Origin: Hamiltosporidium tvaerminnensis FI-OER-3-3
Taxonomy: Eukaryota > Fungi > Microsporidia
Length of the DNA: 64,000 nt
NCBI GenBank assembly: GCA_022605425.2
Contig: JAKIMF020000001.1
Coordinates: 2,046,001-2,110,000, forward strand
Direction of reading: 5' to 3'
The position numbers were made by a program, and so were the translations under genes. Under the pieces are notes generated by a model, which saw only the letters and a program-made list of their open reading frames with translations, ran no database searches and was not told where the DNA came from. This document shows, piece by piece, positions 23,873-36,300 of the stretch (position 1 is the stretch's first letter; the number at the start of each line of letters is the position of its first letter).

Positions 23873-25981
23873 AAGTTATATATATAGCGAATCGTTTTAA
23901 CAAATGATATAATATTAAAAACTTATACAATGCTCTAGATAATTAGAAACTCTAAGCCACAAATATTTGATTGTATTAAATTGTAAAATATAAATATTGG
24001 AAAAAAAATACAATGAATGAATTCTAATTTGTTTAAGCCTAGACTCAGACTTTAAGCTGTCATATTAAAAAACACAGAATGAAGTATTTGGATCTAGTAA
24101 AGCCCAAATTTCTTCTGGGCAAAAAGCATGCAATTTATGAAGAATATTCTTTAAGCTCTTAATTAAATTAATATTCCGAGAAACAGATCAAAAAATAGAG
24201 GTGTCATTTGGAGATGACTGAGTAGATTATTTGCTTACACTATCTAATACTATAAATATTTTCACAAATGCTTCGATCGAATATAAAAAATTTGTGGCGT
24301 ATAGGGAAAACGATGCAGACTTAGACAACTTTTGCCTTGATTTAATACTGAGGATGTAATACTATAGAAAGAGTGTTTGATAGCAATCAAAATACATAAA
24401 AACTAAAAAGGTTAAGTTTTATGAGGAAAAATTGAATGGATTTTCTACAAAAGGCAGGATATATATATTTACCAGAATGCAAATGAAAGCAGAAAATTGT
24501 TAAAAAATCGTATTAAGATGTATAAATATGATGGATTATCTCATCTAGAAAATATCATGAAGGATTTTAAGCTTTCATTTTGGAATAACCGCTTAGATTT
24601 TGTAGATAGTATTTTCCACGATATTTTTGTTTAATTTCTCAATGATTGTTATCTTTCTTCTTTTTTAACTTTCTGTGTGTTCGATTCGGTAAATTAAAAA
24701 ACTCAAAAAAGAATAAAAAATGGCTTAAGAAAACAATTGAGGCAAGCATATAGATTTAGATATGTAAAATGGATTTAATGTATCTTTTTTAGGGTTCATA
24801 TGCAAATAATTTTTTGTGGTTATGAAATGGGTGAGACAATATATGAAATTTCATAAAATTATTACATCAAAGAACCAAGATTAGTTCTTCGGATTTTTTA
24901 ATTACCATAATTATACTCTAAATATTTTTCTATTCCCACACAAAATAAACATCTATTCGGCACATAAATCGATGACGATGTGAAATGACTATATTGAACC
25001 AGTTAATGTATAATTTTGATCAAAATATAGACTTAAGATGTTTAAAAGATTTATAGTTCAATAGAAACAATTAATAGAAAAATTTGCTGATGGATTTTTA
25101 TAAAACATTAATAAATTAAATTTTATAAATTGATACTGTTATATGTGTTTCAGATATGCAAAAAAAATTCTAGCGTTTCAGAATATTAGTTGAGATCTAT
25201 TTTAAGTAAATTATAAGGTTATATAAAGTAATGTTATTTCATACTTTTAGAAAAAAATCTTCTTTGTACATTTTTTTAACATTATTCAACAATATGTGAA
25301 CTGTATTTTAATTACCGTAACTTCCTGAATAAGTAATTATGAAATTAAGCATTCCATGTTTTAAAAAACACACAAATCCAATCTGTTAAAAAAAAGAGTC
25401 TTTTAAAAATACATTGTATTAAATGATAACATTTACGATTTTTTTGAGAATTTTTATCGATACTTATTGGCTTCTATAAAATTACAGTATTTGCTCGGAC
25501 TAAAAGCATATTTTTTTGAGAAGTAATATGTTGTTTATTTAAATTAAAAATCGAAATATGATGAATGAGTTATAAAAAAAAGCAAAGATTTTTTTAAGGA
25601 AACTATTAATCTGATAAAAATTATTTCGCATCCATGATATGAAGTTAAAAAGGGATAAAATTTTATTTTTGGTTCACCCGTGCTAACACCGAGCTAAAAT
25701 AAAGTAATAGTTAGGTGGTATAAGTTTTATGTAGAAAGAAACACAAATTTTAGAATCATTATATAAAAGCGCAAAAACATCTTATCTGTTTTACTTTTAA
25801 TACGTTTTCATCAAACATTTGAATTTGTAATTTCCCAAATAAATTAAAAAATTAATCAGATATTCTTAAAATGAAATATTCATTTAAGTGATGATTTACC
25901 GGACGTTATAACATGATATGTTACATAAATTTACAATTTTTTGCAGTTATATATCTAAAATATGATTTTAATATGTAAAAT

Positions 25982-26218
25982 TTCCCCACCATGCCGGGAG
26001 CAGAATTGGCTTGGAGTATTCTCTACTTGTCTTAAGAGGTAACTAAAAGGGACTGGCTCTCCAAGTTTGGATTTAAGCGTAAGGCTAACAACCCACCCTT
26101 TAAAACCGCATGTTACGAACCCCGAAAAAATAAACAAACTCACTGTAAAAAGACAGAAGGGCGGTATTACAGAAAGAAACCAAGGCTTGTACAGCGCTTT
26201 AGTACCGATGATGATAAT
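25982..26218 (+). mobile_element. Bipartite RTE-derived non-autonomous element, copy B
   Basis: Same 5' start as copy C (TTCCCCACCATGCCGGGAGCAGAATT); RTE 5'-UTR-like GGCTAACAACCCACCC..AAAAC..TGTTACGAA; RTE-like 3' end with GATGATGAT tail. Confidence 0.85.
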
Positions 26219-26332
26219 TAAATAAAATGATAAATTAAAAAAATATAAAATAACTTGATAAATTAAATAATTTTTATATTTACTAATTTGGAAATATATT
26301 GAATATTTATTGCAAAAACTGAAGGTAACCCT

Positions 26333-27073
26333 ATGAATAACTTATTGAATATTCTTATAACAGAAATAAAAGAATCACATGAAGTTCCCTTGGTGATAGA
26401 ATGGTGTGAAGAATTTATCAGAAATTATTATAAAAGTAACGAGTATTTCGAAAGCATGTTAGTGTTTTATAAGAAAAACCAGGTGAAATGTTCTGAAAAG
26501 CATGAAATATTAAATATATGTATTAATTTATTTTATTTCGGATATGATATAACAAACAACATTTGTTACAATAAATATACCGATTTAGATGAAAGATCAA
26601 TTCATGTTGTTGGTTCGATGGTATGTTGGGCTGCTATAGGAAATATTTTGAGAAAAAATTTTAATGATGTTTTATATTTGCAACTAACGGAGATTTTTGA
26701 TGATGCTGGATTATATCTTAATTTACCTAATAATAGGAATATTTGTTTGAATTTCCATATGTCTAAACTGCGATTAAATTTTTATACAAAAGTATATTTA
26801 CCTTTGAAAATCAAGGATGCTTTAAATTGTGAGAACAACGGAAATAACTATAACAAATATGAAAATATATTCTGTTTTTCTTATTTAAACAAAGAATTTC
26901 GACTCAAAAATCTTAAAAAGGAAGAGCTTTTTGACAATTTTTCAGAATATTTAAAATTTTTCTCTGAAGATATCGATTTGGGTATAATTATGGATAAAAT
27001 AATATCAGGATTGTGTTCTAACTATCAAGAAAATTCTTCGGATATTTTCAATCTAATGACTCAATTAAATTGA
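26333..27073 (+). CDS. Hypothetical protein (246 aa)
   Basis: Long intact ORF in AT-rich DNA; CCC at 26329-26331 immediately before the ATG; no recognised motif. Confidence 0.7.
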   Translation: MNNLLNILITEIKESHEVPLVIEWCEEFIRNYYKSNEYFESMLVFYKKNQVKCSEKHEILNICINLFYFGYDITNNICYNKYTDLDERSIHVVGSMVCWAAIGNILRKNFNDVLYLQLTEIFDDAGLYLNLPNNRNICLNFHMSKLRLNFYTKVYLPLKIKDALNCENNGNNYNKYENIFCFSYLNKEFRLKNLKKEELFDNFSEYLKFFSEDIDLGIIMDKIISGLCSNYQENSSDIFNLMTQLN

Positions 27074-27899
27074 TGTTTTAAATTTATTTTTCTATTTTGT
27101 TTTAAGTCTAAAATTTTATGTTATTGTGCTTTTCAATCATTAAAATTCAATTTTCCTAAATATTCTTTCTTTCGAAATAAAATAAATAAAAATGTTTTAA
27201 CTCGATATTTGCCATAAAATTATACAAATCTTTATATTATTTTTCTTCATATTTTCATTATTTTAGAATATAAAGTAAGCTTATGATAGATATAATGCTA
27301 AATTATAAGCTTAAAATAATATAAATAATGAAATTAAATGGAGTAATTCTTCATGAACTATAATTTTTCGCATTCTAAAATGCCTTATCTAGAATAATTT
27401 AAACATAATTAATGTTCAAACTGTTTTTAATCAGAACAAAAATTATTAAGATTGAATGGAAATCATAAAAAATACAGAGCTTGGGCAAATAAGAAATATG
27501 ATTTGAGGGAAACAATACAAATCTTGGAAGTATATATTCAAATAAAACTATTAAGTAAAATGAAAAATAAATCAAGGAATATGTTTGACTAATAATCGAG
27601 ACATGGATTTAATTATGCCATATAACTAACAATAGAAACCATGGTTGTATTTTATTAGCAATTAAATCAGTAAAAAATCATCTTTATGTTAAGAATTGTT
27701 TTGATACTATTTTTATTTTATTTTGGCGTAAAAAATCTGGTAAATTATAAGCATACGAAAATATAAAATCGTATAAAGCAATAAAAATAAAATTTCACAT
27801 CTAAAGTTATAATAATTATTTCTTTGGAATTCGACTGTATTTTAAATGTTAAGAATACTAAAACCATATTTTTTAATTTAATTTAAACTTACCCTGTAA

Positions 27900-28270
27900 T
27901 TTACAAACAAGATATACGGGAATTAGAATTACCCGAAATCAAGATTCATTTAAAAACTTGGAAAAATAGACCCGATATATTTATTTTAGCTACAAAAACA
28001 CTCGTTGATGTAGGAATTACTTCCCAAGATTCACTTCAAATCATTAAAATTGAAATACCATGAAAGTAAGACTTTTTGGTCAAGTTTTGGTTTATATTTA
28101 AAAATTTATGGTGGAAACTATCTCTTAAGTTATAATCTAAGATATTAATTTACAAAATACCTTTAAACGTATCTTAAGAAGCTCTAAATACCAGTAAAGA
28201 CAGAGGCATATACCCAGTCGATAAAAAATAATGAACAAACTTTGTAATTTGCGACCTATGAAGAAAATTA
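27900..28270 (+). mobile_element. Decayed R4/Dong-like RLE fragment
   Basis: AGACCCGATATATTTATTTTAG...GTAGGAATTACTTCCCAAGATTCACTTCAAAT matches ~36530-36620. Confidence 0.8.
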
Positions 28271-28709
28271 GGTTTTAGGCCGAATGTCTAGACCTTTAAT
28301 TTAGATTCAAGGTCCGTTAAGATTAAGGGTGTGCGGATTTATTAGGTAGCACCAAATCCAAACATAAACGTATAAAAATATTTTCGGTAGCTGATAATCT
28401 AATAAAAAAAACTAGGTTATCCAGAAAAAAATATTCGGTTTGAACATGGAAAAAACTTGAATAAAAAATTAATTAAGATCATAAAAATAACATTTATATT
28501 CTAAATAAGTTTTTTTTATATTATGATTTTTAAGCTAAGAAATATAAAGATAGTTTGATTGAATTCAGTACATTTTATTTATTGTTTTTCTAATTAAAAT
28601 ATTTCAATGTCTTACCACAAAACCATTTATAATTTTATTATTATTTGCGTTTTTTTCCGTTAAATTTTTTTCTTTGTATTTTTACGTTAATTATAAATAC
28701 CCATTGGAG

Positions 28710-29240
28710 ATGAGAAATTTAAAATCAGAAGAACAAGAAAAAGTGTTTAAAAAATTAAAAAAATTTATTGGAGAAAACACAGAAAAACTATTAAAAGGCC
28801 ACAGACTTTTTCTACACAAACAGAAAGTTTTCCACGTCTCAGATGAATTAGAAAAGAATGCCTCTTCAATTCCCAAAGATGATTTGGTAAGTATAGGTTC
28901 GTGTCTTGGTAGATTCACCAAATCTATGCATTTTAAACTTACAATTACTTCTCTTCACGTTTTATCAAAATATGCGCTTCACAAAGTTTGGTTAAAAAAT
29001 TCTGCAGAAATGAATTTTTTATACGCCAATAATATTTTAAAATCACATATTTTAAAAATGTCTGAAGATGTACCAATAAATGCGAATGTATTTGTTTTTA
29101 ATCAAAATGATCTTCCACTTGGTTTTGGAGTGACAGCTAAAGGTTCTACACATTTATCTAATATAGAAGGAAATACACTCGTAGTTTTACATCAAGCAGA
29201 TACTGGGGAATATATAAGAGACGAGGAAAGAATTGTTTAA
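28710..29240 (+). CDS. NIP7: 60S ribosome biogenesis factor Nip7 (PUA domain)
   Basis: MRNLKSEEQEKVFKKLKKFIG, GRFTKS.HFKLTIT, AEMNFLYAN, HQADTGEYIRDE; ATG 28710 preceded by CCC. Confidence 0.95.
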   Translation: MRNLKSEEQEKVFKKLKKFIGENTEKLLKGHRLFLHKQKVFHVSDELEKNASSIPKDDLVSIGSCLGRFTKSMHFKLTITSLHVLSKYALHKVWLKNSAEMNFLYANNILKSHILKMSEDVPINANVFVFNQNDLPLGFGVTAKGSTHLSNIEGNTLVVLHQADTGEYIRDEERIV

Positions 29241-29750
29241 TCCAAATATTTTTATTAATTTAGATAAATTTCATCTTTTTTCATTTTATTATTTTTTAAA
29301 TTTTTTTGAAACTAAAAATTTAACAAATATTATTCCTTCAATAATAAAAAAAACCGTTAAAAAAAATATTTTCATTTTTATTAAAAATTATTTAAAATTT
29401 TTCCCCTCCATCTGCTATTCAATTGTCTTTTAATTGTTTGAGAACTCTTAGTCAGTTTGAAAAAAAATCGTTATAAAACCCCATTTACTTGTCTTTTTAT
29501 GTTTTAAAAAATTGTTGTCAATTTTATAAAAATAAAATAATTTTTAAAAAATGATTAAAAATTTTTCTATAAATGTACAACTTTAGACCAAAAGAAGAAA
29601 ATAAAATATTGCAATAAAAAAAAAACATTTAAAAAAAAATATAACTTGTAAATTTATAAAGCAATACAAATTTTTAAAAAAAATTGAAATATATTTTGTA
29701 AATTAAATAAATGAATTTAAATTTTATTTATTTAGTGCCGTTATATTAAT

Positions 29751-30755
29751 ATGGGAACGTTTATATTGAAAAAAGATCTAACTGCCATAGAAAAATTGGG
29801 TATCGGTAGATTTTGGCAAAACTATCTTGTACATTTTTGTGGATTGAATGAAGATAAAAATATATTTTTTGAAATGAGAGTTATGAAAAAGAAAAAAATT
29901 ATTGAATTAAATGAAGAAGGCTGTATCAAAGAAGAATATAAAAAAAGATTTGCAATACGATGTATGTTTTTAATGAATGTAATTTCTACATTTCAAGATT
30001 ATGAATATCTTTATTACATTCAGGAACTTCCAAGAGGTGGATTTTTTTATTATTACTTGAGGTCAAGCAAAAAATTTACAAAGGAAGTTTCCAAATTCTA
30101 TTTTGGGGAAATGGTGTTGGGTATTCAATATTTACATAGTAAAGGAATGTTTTTTAGATTACTTTCACCAGATAATATTATGATAACACTGGATGGTCAT
30201 ATTAAGCTAAGATTTGATTTTTTAAATTCAATTGGAATGCCATTTTCAGAATATGAAAAAAATATTGAATATATTCCAATCGATTATGTACGGAACAAAG
30301 AATTTTCTATTGAATCTGATTATTGGTCTTTAGGGATTATATTATTCGAAATGATGGTTGGAAGCACACCATTTGCAGCAAAATCGTATGAAAAAGTAGT
30401 TTTCAAAATGCTCAACGATACAATAAATTACCCATCTTTTATCGATGAAGAAACTAAAGATCTTCTCATCAGATTACTTGATAAATATAAGTTTAGAAGA
30501 ATAGGTCATAATTATAACGATCGTTACTTGATCAGAACACATCAATTTTTCAACGGAATTAATTGGATATCTTTATCGCAAAAAAAGATACGACCACCAA
30601 TTACTATTAAAGTAGATCCACTTGCAGATAAAAAAAATGGTAAAAAAGTTTCTGAAATGTTTACAACTGACTTCAAAAAAGGACAAACGGATGGATACGG
30701 ACCAATGTTTAGATATTATGGCACTACAATCGATAAAAAGATTTATAAATGGTAA
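29751..30755 (+). CDS. AGC/PKA-like kinase fold, predicted pseudokinase
   Basis: Intact AGC scaffold (TFQDYEYLYYIQELPRGG, DYWSLGIILFEMMVGSTPF, HQFFNGINW..KIRPP) but catalytic motifs altered. Confidence 0.8.
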   Translation: MGTFILKKDLTAIEKLGIGRFWQNYLVHFCGLNEDKNIFFEMRVMKKKKIIELNEEGCIKEEYKKRFAIRCMFLMNVISTFQDYEYLYYIQELPRGGFFYYYLRSSKKFTKEVSKFYFGEMVLGIQYLHSKGMFFRLLSPDNIMITLDGHIKLRFDFLNSIGMPFSEYEKNIEYIPIDYVRNKEFSIESDYWSLGIILFEMMVGSTPFAAKSYEKVVFKMLNDTINYPSFIDEETKDLLIRLLDKYKFRRIGHNYNDRYLIRTHQFFNGINWISLSQKKIRPPITIKVDPLADKKNGKKVSEMFTTDFKKGQTDGYGPMFRYYGTTIDKKIYKW

Positions 30756-31688
30756 TCACTCAAATAATTTTATTATATAAATGAAATTATAAAAAATTTA
30801 TAATTAAATTATTATCTACAAACTGTCTTTAATCTAAAATTTTTTATTTATCTTTCTTATCGCTCAGGATCTAAAATTTTATACTTTATTTTTCTTAAAA
30901 TATTCATTAACTGCTTTAAAAATATATATCTGTCATTTTTTATTGATCATTATATATTATACATACTAAAGTCACAGACAGGTTATAAAGAAGGCATTAC
31001 AAATATGTATCTATCATAATTGATTATCTTTCGATTTATTATGCATCTAATGAATATGTTTGGTATTGTAATAGCCAATTAATTAAACCATTTATTGTTA
31101 TGCCACAGTTAGTTTAGATTAAAGCTATTTCTTTAAATATTTCTTTCTGACACTTGGTTACCCTATTGCTTCAAATATAATTATTAACAGCTTTATTTTA
31201 TACTTAATTTACCTTAAAAGACGAAATATATATGAAGGTATGTTTCAAAAAAACCATTTTAATAATATATTAACAAAAAAACAAAGTCTTTCTCACAATT
31301 TTTATTAAATTCCTGTATTAAATCATAATATTTAAGCGAGCAGAATATATTCGATTTCAATTAAATATGGAGAGAAATATGGCTGTATATATATATTTGG
31401 GTTATCTTTGATATGTTTATAAGTGTTTTTATCTTCCCAAAACATAAATTTAAAGATATATACTACTGAATTGTAAAGTGAGGACATTCATTTTCAGCTT
31501 TTGACTTATTTGGATATAAATAAAGAAATCTAAACCAGAAGAGTGTCTATTTCAAATGTGTACTATTATAATAAACCCATCATGTACTGTTGTAAAACTT
31601 TATCAAGTAAATATTGGTCAGGAACAGATATCACAGAAAAAATATAGAGAAGTACTAATAGCATACATATAAAACAAAAAATTATTAC

Positions 31689-31829
31689 AATCGATATTGT
31701 ATAAATCAAAAATAATTGGTTTTTAAATAACTAATCTAAATGACTTGATTACATTAGAAATAAAAAAATATTAAAATCGATATTTTATAAATCAAAAATA
31801 ATTGGTTTTTAAAGAACTAATCTAAATGA
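31689..31829. repeat. Two-copy direct repeat (~55 bp, 86-bp period)
   Basis: AATCGATATT(G/T)TATAAATCAAAAATAATTGGTTTTTAAA(T/G)AACTAATCTAAATGA at 31689 and 31775. Confidence 0.85.
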
Positions 31830-33344
31830 TCTAAGAATGAATTTATCAAACTACCTCATGAATCTAATTTCTACCACATCAATGGCAGAAATTATTCCTT
31901 AAAAATATAAAACCGCCAAAATTGTAGAGATTTTGGAAATTCTGTATATAAATAGAGACTCGATGCGATTAAATACTTGGACATAACTACATTAGACAAA
32001 ATAATGAATTGCTTATTAGGATATCTATATTTCTTAAATAAATATAAATTTTGTATACTAAACAAATTATGTATTCCTACGATTTAAAAATTTTTTGGAA
32101 ATGAAGAATGTGAAATCTATGATTAGGTATTAGAATAAACATCAAGTCGGAATTTATAAAGAAAAGTGATATATTCATTTTAAATATCAAATTAATTTAA
32201 ATAAAGTTGTATGAAATTAATTTATAAACTTTTTGATATTTTTAAAGTGAATAATCCTAAAAAATACGATTTATACTTAAATATATAGTTTTGTGATTCC
32301 AGTCTGTGATAGAATATTACTTATGTAATGACAAGATATTAATTTTAACTAAGCGTTGCAATAACTATTTAAAAAAATTGAAATACCTGTGAATCTAAAG
32401 ACTAAATTTACTCATTTTTTTAAAAGCATAATCAAGCCATTGATTATAATTGCTCAGAATGATAACGATAAGATAAGATAAAATACGCAAAAAAATTCGG
32501 AACGAGTAAAATAATTTTATCGAACTGACTCGGTATTGATAGAATAACTTAGAAACATCACACAAGGGGATTTATAAGTGAGGAAATGTTGGTAAATCAA
32601 AATATCGAAGCATATTTTAAACTGAAAATGCACAAGAAAAACACCAATATAGAATCCAAAGCAAGTGGTTATATCTATTAACCATGTAAAAACTCATAAT
32701 AAACTATGAAAACAAAAATACTGCAAATCTAAACAGCTCTGCTTTGAATCAAACATTTACAAAATATCTGACATAATATAATAAACCACACAAATATTAG
32801 AATATAAATATATGCAATTCTATTTAGAGCCTGAATTTTTTCCGCCTATTATATTTAGGTTCCCAAAAGGTTTTTTTAGCTTTTTTTGTTTATTTCAGTA
32901 GTTCAATATTATTAAATTTACAGTAAATTCTTGTTTTTTTGAGGCGCTTTCTACAATTTATTCGGTCAATTTTCTTTTCAAGAGGAAGTAAGGTTGTTTC
33001 AAAACAGTAATTTATTAAAAAAGGTTTTAATCTCTACCGTTTTTGATCAAATAATGAACTAAAAAAAAATATTCACCTGCATACTAGCATTCATTGTCTA
33101 TACTAATAATTTAGATTTGAAAACACAAAGAAATTTTTTAACTTTCAAAATATTCTAAAAATTAATATTAAAATAGTAAATAATTTATCTTTATTATAAA
33201 AAAAATTAGATTCTCAATGTACAAATTAATTTTTTATTTATAAATAATTTACTTCATACATATCTTAAAATTATGAGTTTGCTTATATTCTTAGTTATTT
33301 TTTATTTTATATTTAAATTGTATTCTTAGTTGTATTTTTAATTT

Positions 33345-36300
33345 AACCGACATATGGGTAGAAAGAAAAATGTTAGCAGCGAAATATCGAATAATACCAA
33401 AATAAAGGCTGCAAACGACGCTGATGAGGTGATGAAGAGTGATAGTGAGATACAAGAATGTAAGCTACATCCACCGGCGATTCCCCTACCTTCCTCCTCC
33501 TACACAACAATAACACCTCCACCACCAAGCCAAACATGCAGTAAAATGCAAAATAGTGGGCTTGACACCTTACCTTCGCCTAATGCACCAGTTCCCTCTT
33601 CGGTTGAAGTCTCTGCGTGCGAGCCATCGTACGACATGACAAGCCCCTGTACTCTAGCTATTCCGGAAGGTAACAGGCTAATGGCATTGCGGACGATATT
33701 CGATTCCGTAACAGCCGACCCGAAGGAATGGCCTCGAATTGTTTTTTTTGCAGTACAGACAAGGTTTGAAAGAATGCCAAGAAATGGCTGGACAGAGCTT
33801 CACAGGTACTATAATGAGAAATTCGGCTGCACTGAAACTCTCGAAGTGTTAAAAAAATTGGCACAAAGTGAGATGGGAAAGGAAGTAAAATCAGAAGAGA
33901 ATGGAGAGCGACGTAGAATCGCCACTTGTCTCGCTGATACATGCACCTTGACCGACACCACGGAGTACCTAAACCTGAGAGATGAATTCTTGAGTAAAAT
34001 CAAAGAAATCTCGGAGAACGAAATTAGAAAAGTGGTGGTCCGAACTAGAAAACATCCAAATGAATTGGTTGATAGTAAAGTTCTGGATCTCATTAATCGA
34101 GTAGTCGGTGAATATGCAGGAGCTCATGTACCTGAGTCAATTACGGAAGCCGCGTATATCATGCAAGCTGCGCAGGTATGCTATGACGAGGCAACACGCA
34201 AAGAAAAGCCTAGATCCGCTTGGAAGGAAAACATAGAAAGTAAAATTTCTAAGTTAGTACTTTCCAAAGATCTTCTCGAGAAGGCTCGTAAGCAGGAAAA
34301 GCTCTCCACTTCGGAAACGAAGAGCCTTATGAAAATCATGCGAGAGTTTAATTTAAACTTGAGCAGCGTAACTGATCTTTCTGAGGCTTTAGTTAAGAAG
34401 AATGAGTCTTTGAATGTTTACGAGAAAAAAATTACGATGCATGAAAGTAGGAAGCAATTCCGAAAAGAGAATCGTATGTTTGAGCTTTTCCGAGGTCGAT
34501 TTTATCGTGGGTTATCTGAGCGTGTAGAATCCGAGCATGTGGTTAGCCGTGATGAAATTGTGAGTTTTTGGTCTACAATGTGGAACAAAAATGATGACAC
34601 AGTCACGTACGATGATTATTTGATTCCATTTGTATCAGATAATCATCCGACCACGTTTCCTTCACTTGATGAATTTGTAAATATCATTAATTGGCTTCCC
34701 AATTGGAAAGCTGCTGGAATTGATGGTATTTACAATTTTTTCATTAAGAAACTTACAACTCTTCACAAATATCTTTATGATATTGTGAAAGTTATATGTT
34801 TAGAAGGAACAACTCAAGCTGATTGGTTTTACTGCGGGCTTACGTATTTGATACCGAAAGGAATTCCACGAAGAGGCTCTGACTACAGGCCAATCACTTG
34901 TATGTCCAACCTCTATAAGTTAACGACAAAGTGTGTAACGAAAGTCGTTCAACTTGAAGTGGAAAGGCGAGGGTTGCTTGCAGAGAACCAACTAGGGGCG
35001 GTAAGAGGTGTGCAGGGAGCGAAAGAGCAGGCTCTACTGAATATTGCCTTAAATAAAGAGTATGGAAATAATCTTAAGGCAACATGGATTGATGTAAAAA
35101 AAGCTTATGATTCAATAGATCATGCTTATTTTACTCAATGCATTGAAAACCTTAATTTACCTGATTGGATCCTGAAATTTATTAAGGTAATTATATCAAA
35201 ATGGAAAATTGATATATCAGTAGGGCCTGAAAAAATCATGAGCAAGAAGATTGATAGAGGAATTCTACAAGGAGATAGTCTGTCACCTTTGTTATTTGTG
35301 TTGTGTATGGATCCATTAAGCCGAAAGCTTAATGAAAAATACACAAAAGTGACAGTACAAACAGATGCAGAATCCCATTCTACTAATCATCTCTTGTTTA
35401 TTGATGATCTTAAGCTCCTTGCAAAAGACAGCTCCACATTGAGTGCTATGACAGGCGAGGCAAAGGAATTTTTAGAGGTGATTGGCTTAGAGATTAACAA
35501 AGAGAAGTCAGCCACAAATGATACGTGTTGTGAAGATACTGCTACTCTTCTAGAAGGTGTTAGTGTTTACAAATATTTAGGAATAATAGAAGATAGCAGA
35601 GGAATCCCAACACGTAGCTCATTTGAAGAAGTACAGAGCAAACTTATATCAAGAGTTGAAAGACTTTGTCACACTAGATTAAATGCAAAAAAATTATTTT
35701 CTGCAATCTATCAACATGCGATATCGTTAATCAACTATCACATAGGAGTACTTCGACTTGAACCGGCTGACTTCTCTAAGTTAGATGATGCAGTGCGTGC
35801 GGTGTTGGTGAAGAATAAGATACATCTCCGCCCAGGATGTAAAGAGCGTTTGTATTTTCCTAGAACAGAACTTGGAAGAGACCTAAATAGTGTTGAGTTG
35901 CGATGCGAACATATGCTTCTGCAGTTCTTGGATTGTCTGGAAAAAAGTAAAGAAATATCAACTAGACGAGCAGCAATCCTCAAGGTGGAGAATAATAATA
36001 AAACCCATCTTGCACTAATAAAAAGCTTCGTAAAAGTAAAGTACAGGTTGGTAGAAGAAGTCACTAAGAAAAGTTTAGAAGAAGCTCAACTTGCAAAACT
36101 ATATAACGAAATAGAAAAACGAAAACTCCATTCAAAGTTATATAATGCAAGGAAAAATGAGCTTGTGAGTGTTAGTGACTCTTCAAGATGGCTAAAGAGA
36201 GGAAATATTAGGCCACGAAATGAAGCTGTGTTCTGCTATATCCAGGATAGAAATGTATTCTGGGGAGCAGATGGTGTGTGTCAACATTGCGGGAAGTCTG

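Larger units (their letters stand above)
22300..24100 (+). mobile_element. Decayed 5' part of an RTE-clade LINE (5' UTR and AP endonuclease), interrupted by an antisense RTE copy
   Basis: Degenerate APE motifs from ~22480: FDILA..IR, EYPVF.GGD, TTLICVHTST, DTLEDSYDKSPPYGIK..VGD, NGLRLIDFAVSK, FTDVRSLRGVD (ends ~23156); weak RTE-like continuation to ~24100. Confidence 0.75.

Noticed and set aside
25982-26060. HDV-like ribozyme or tRNA head in the SINE-like element
   Set aside because: Could not build the nested double pseudoknot by hand, and no B box is present; left unresolved
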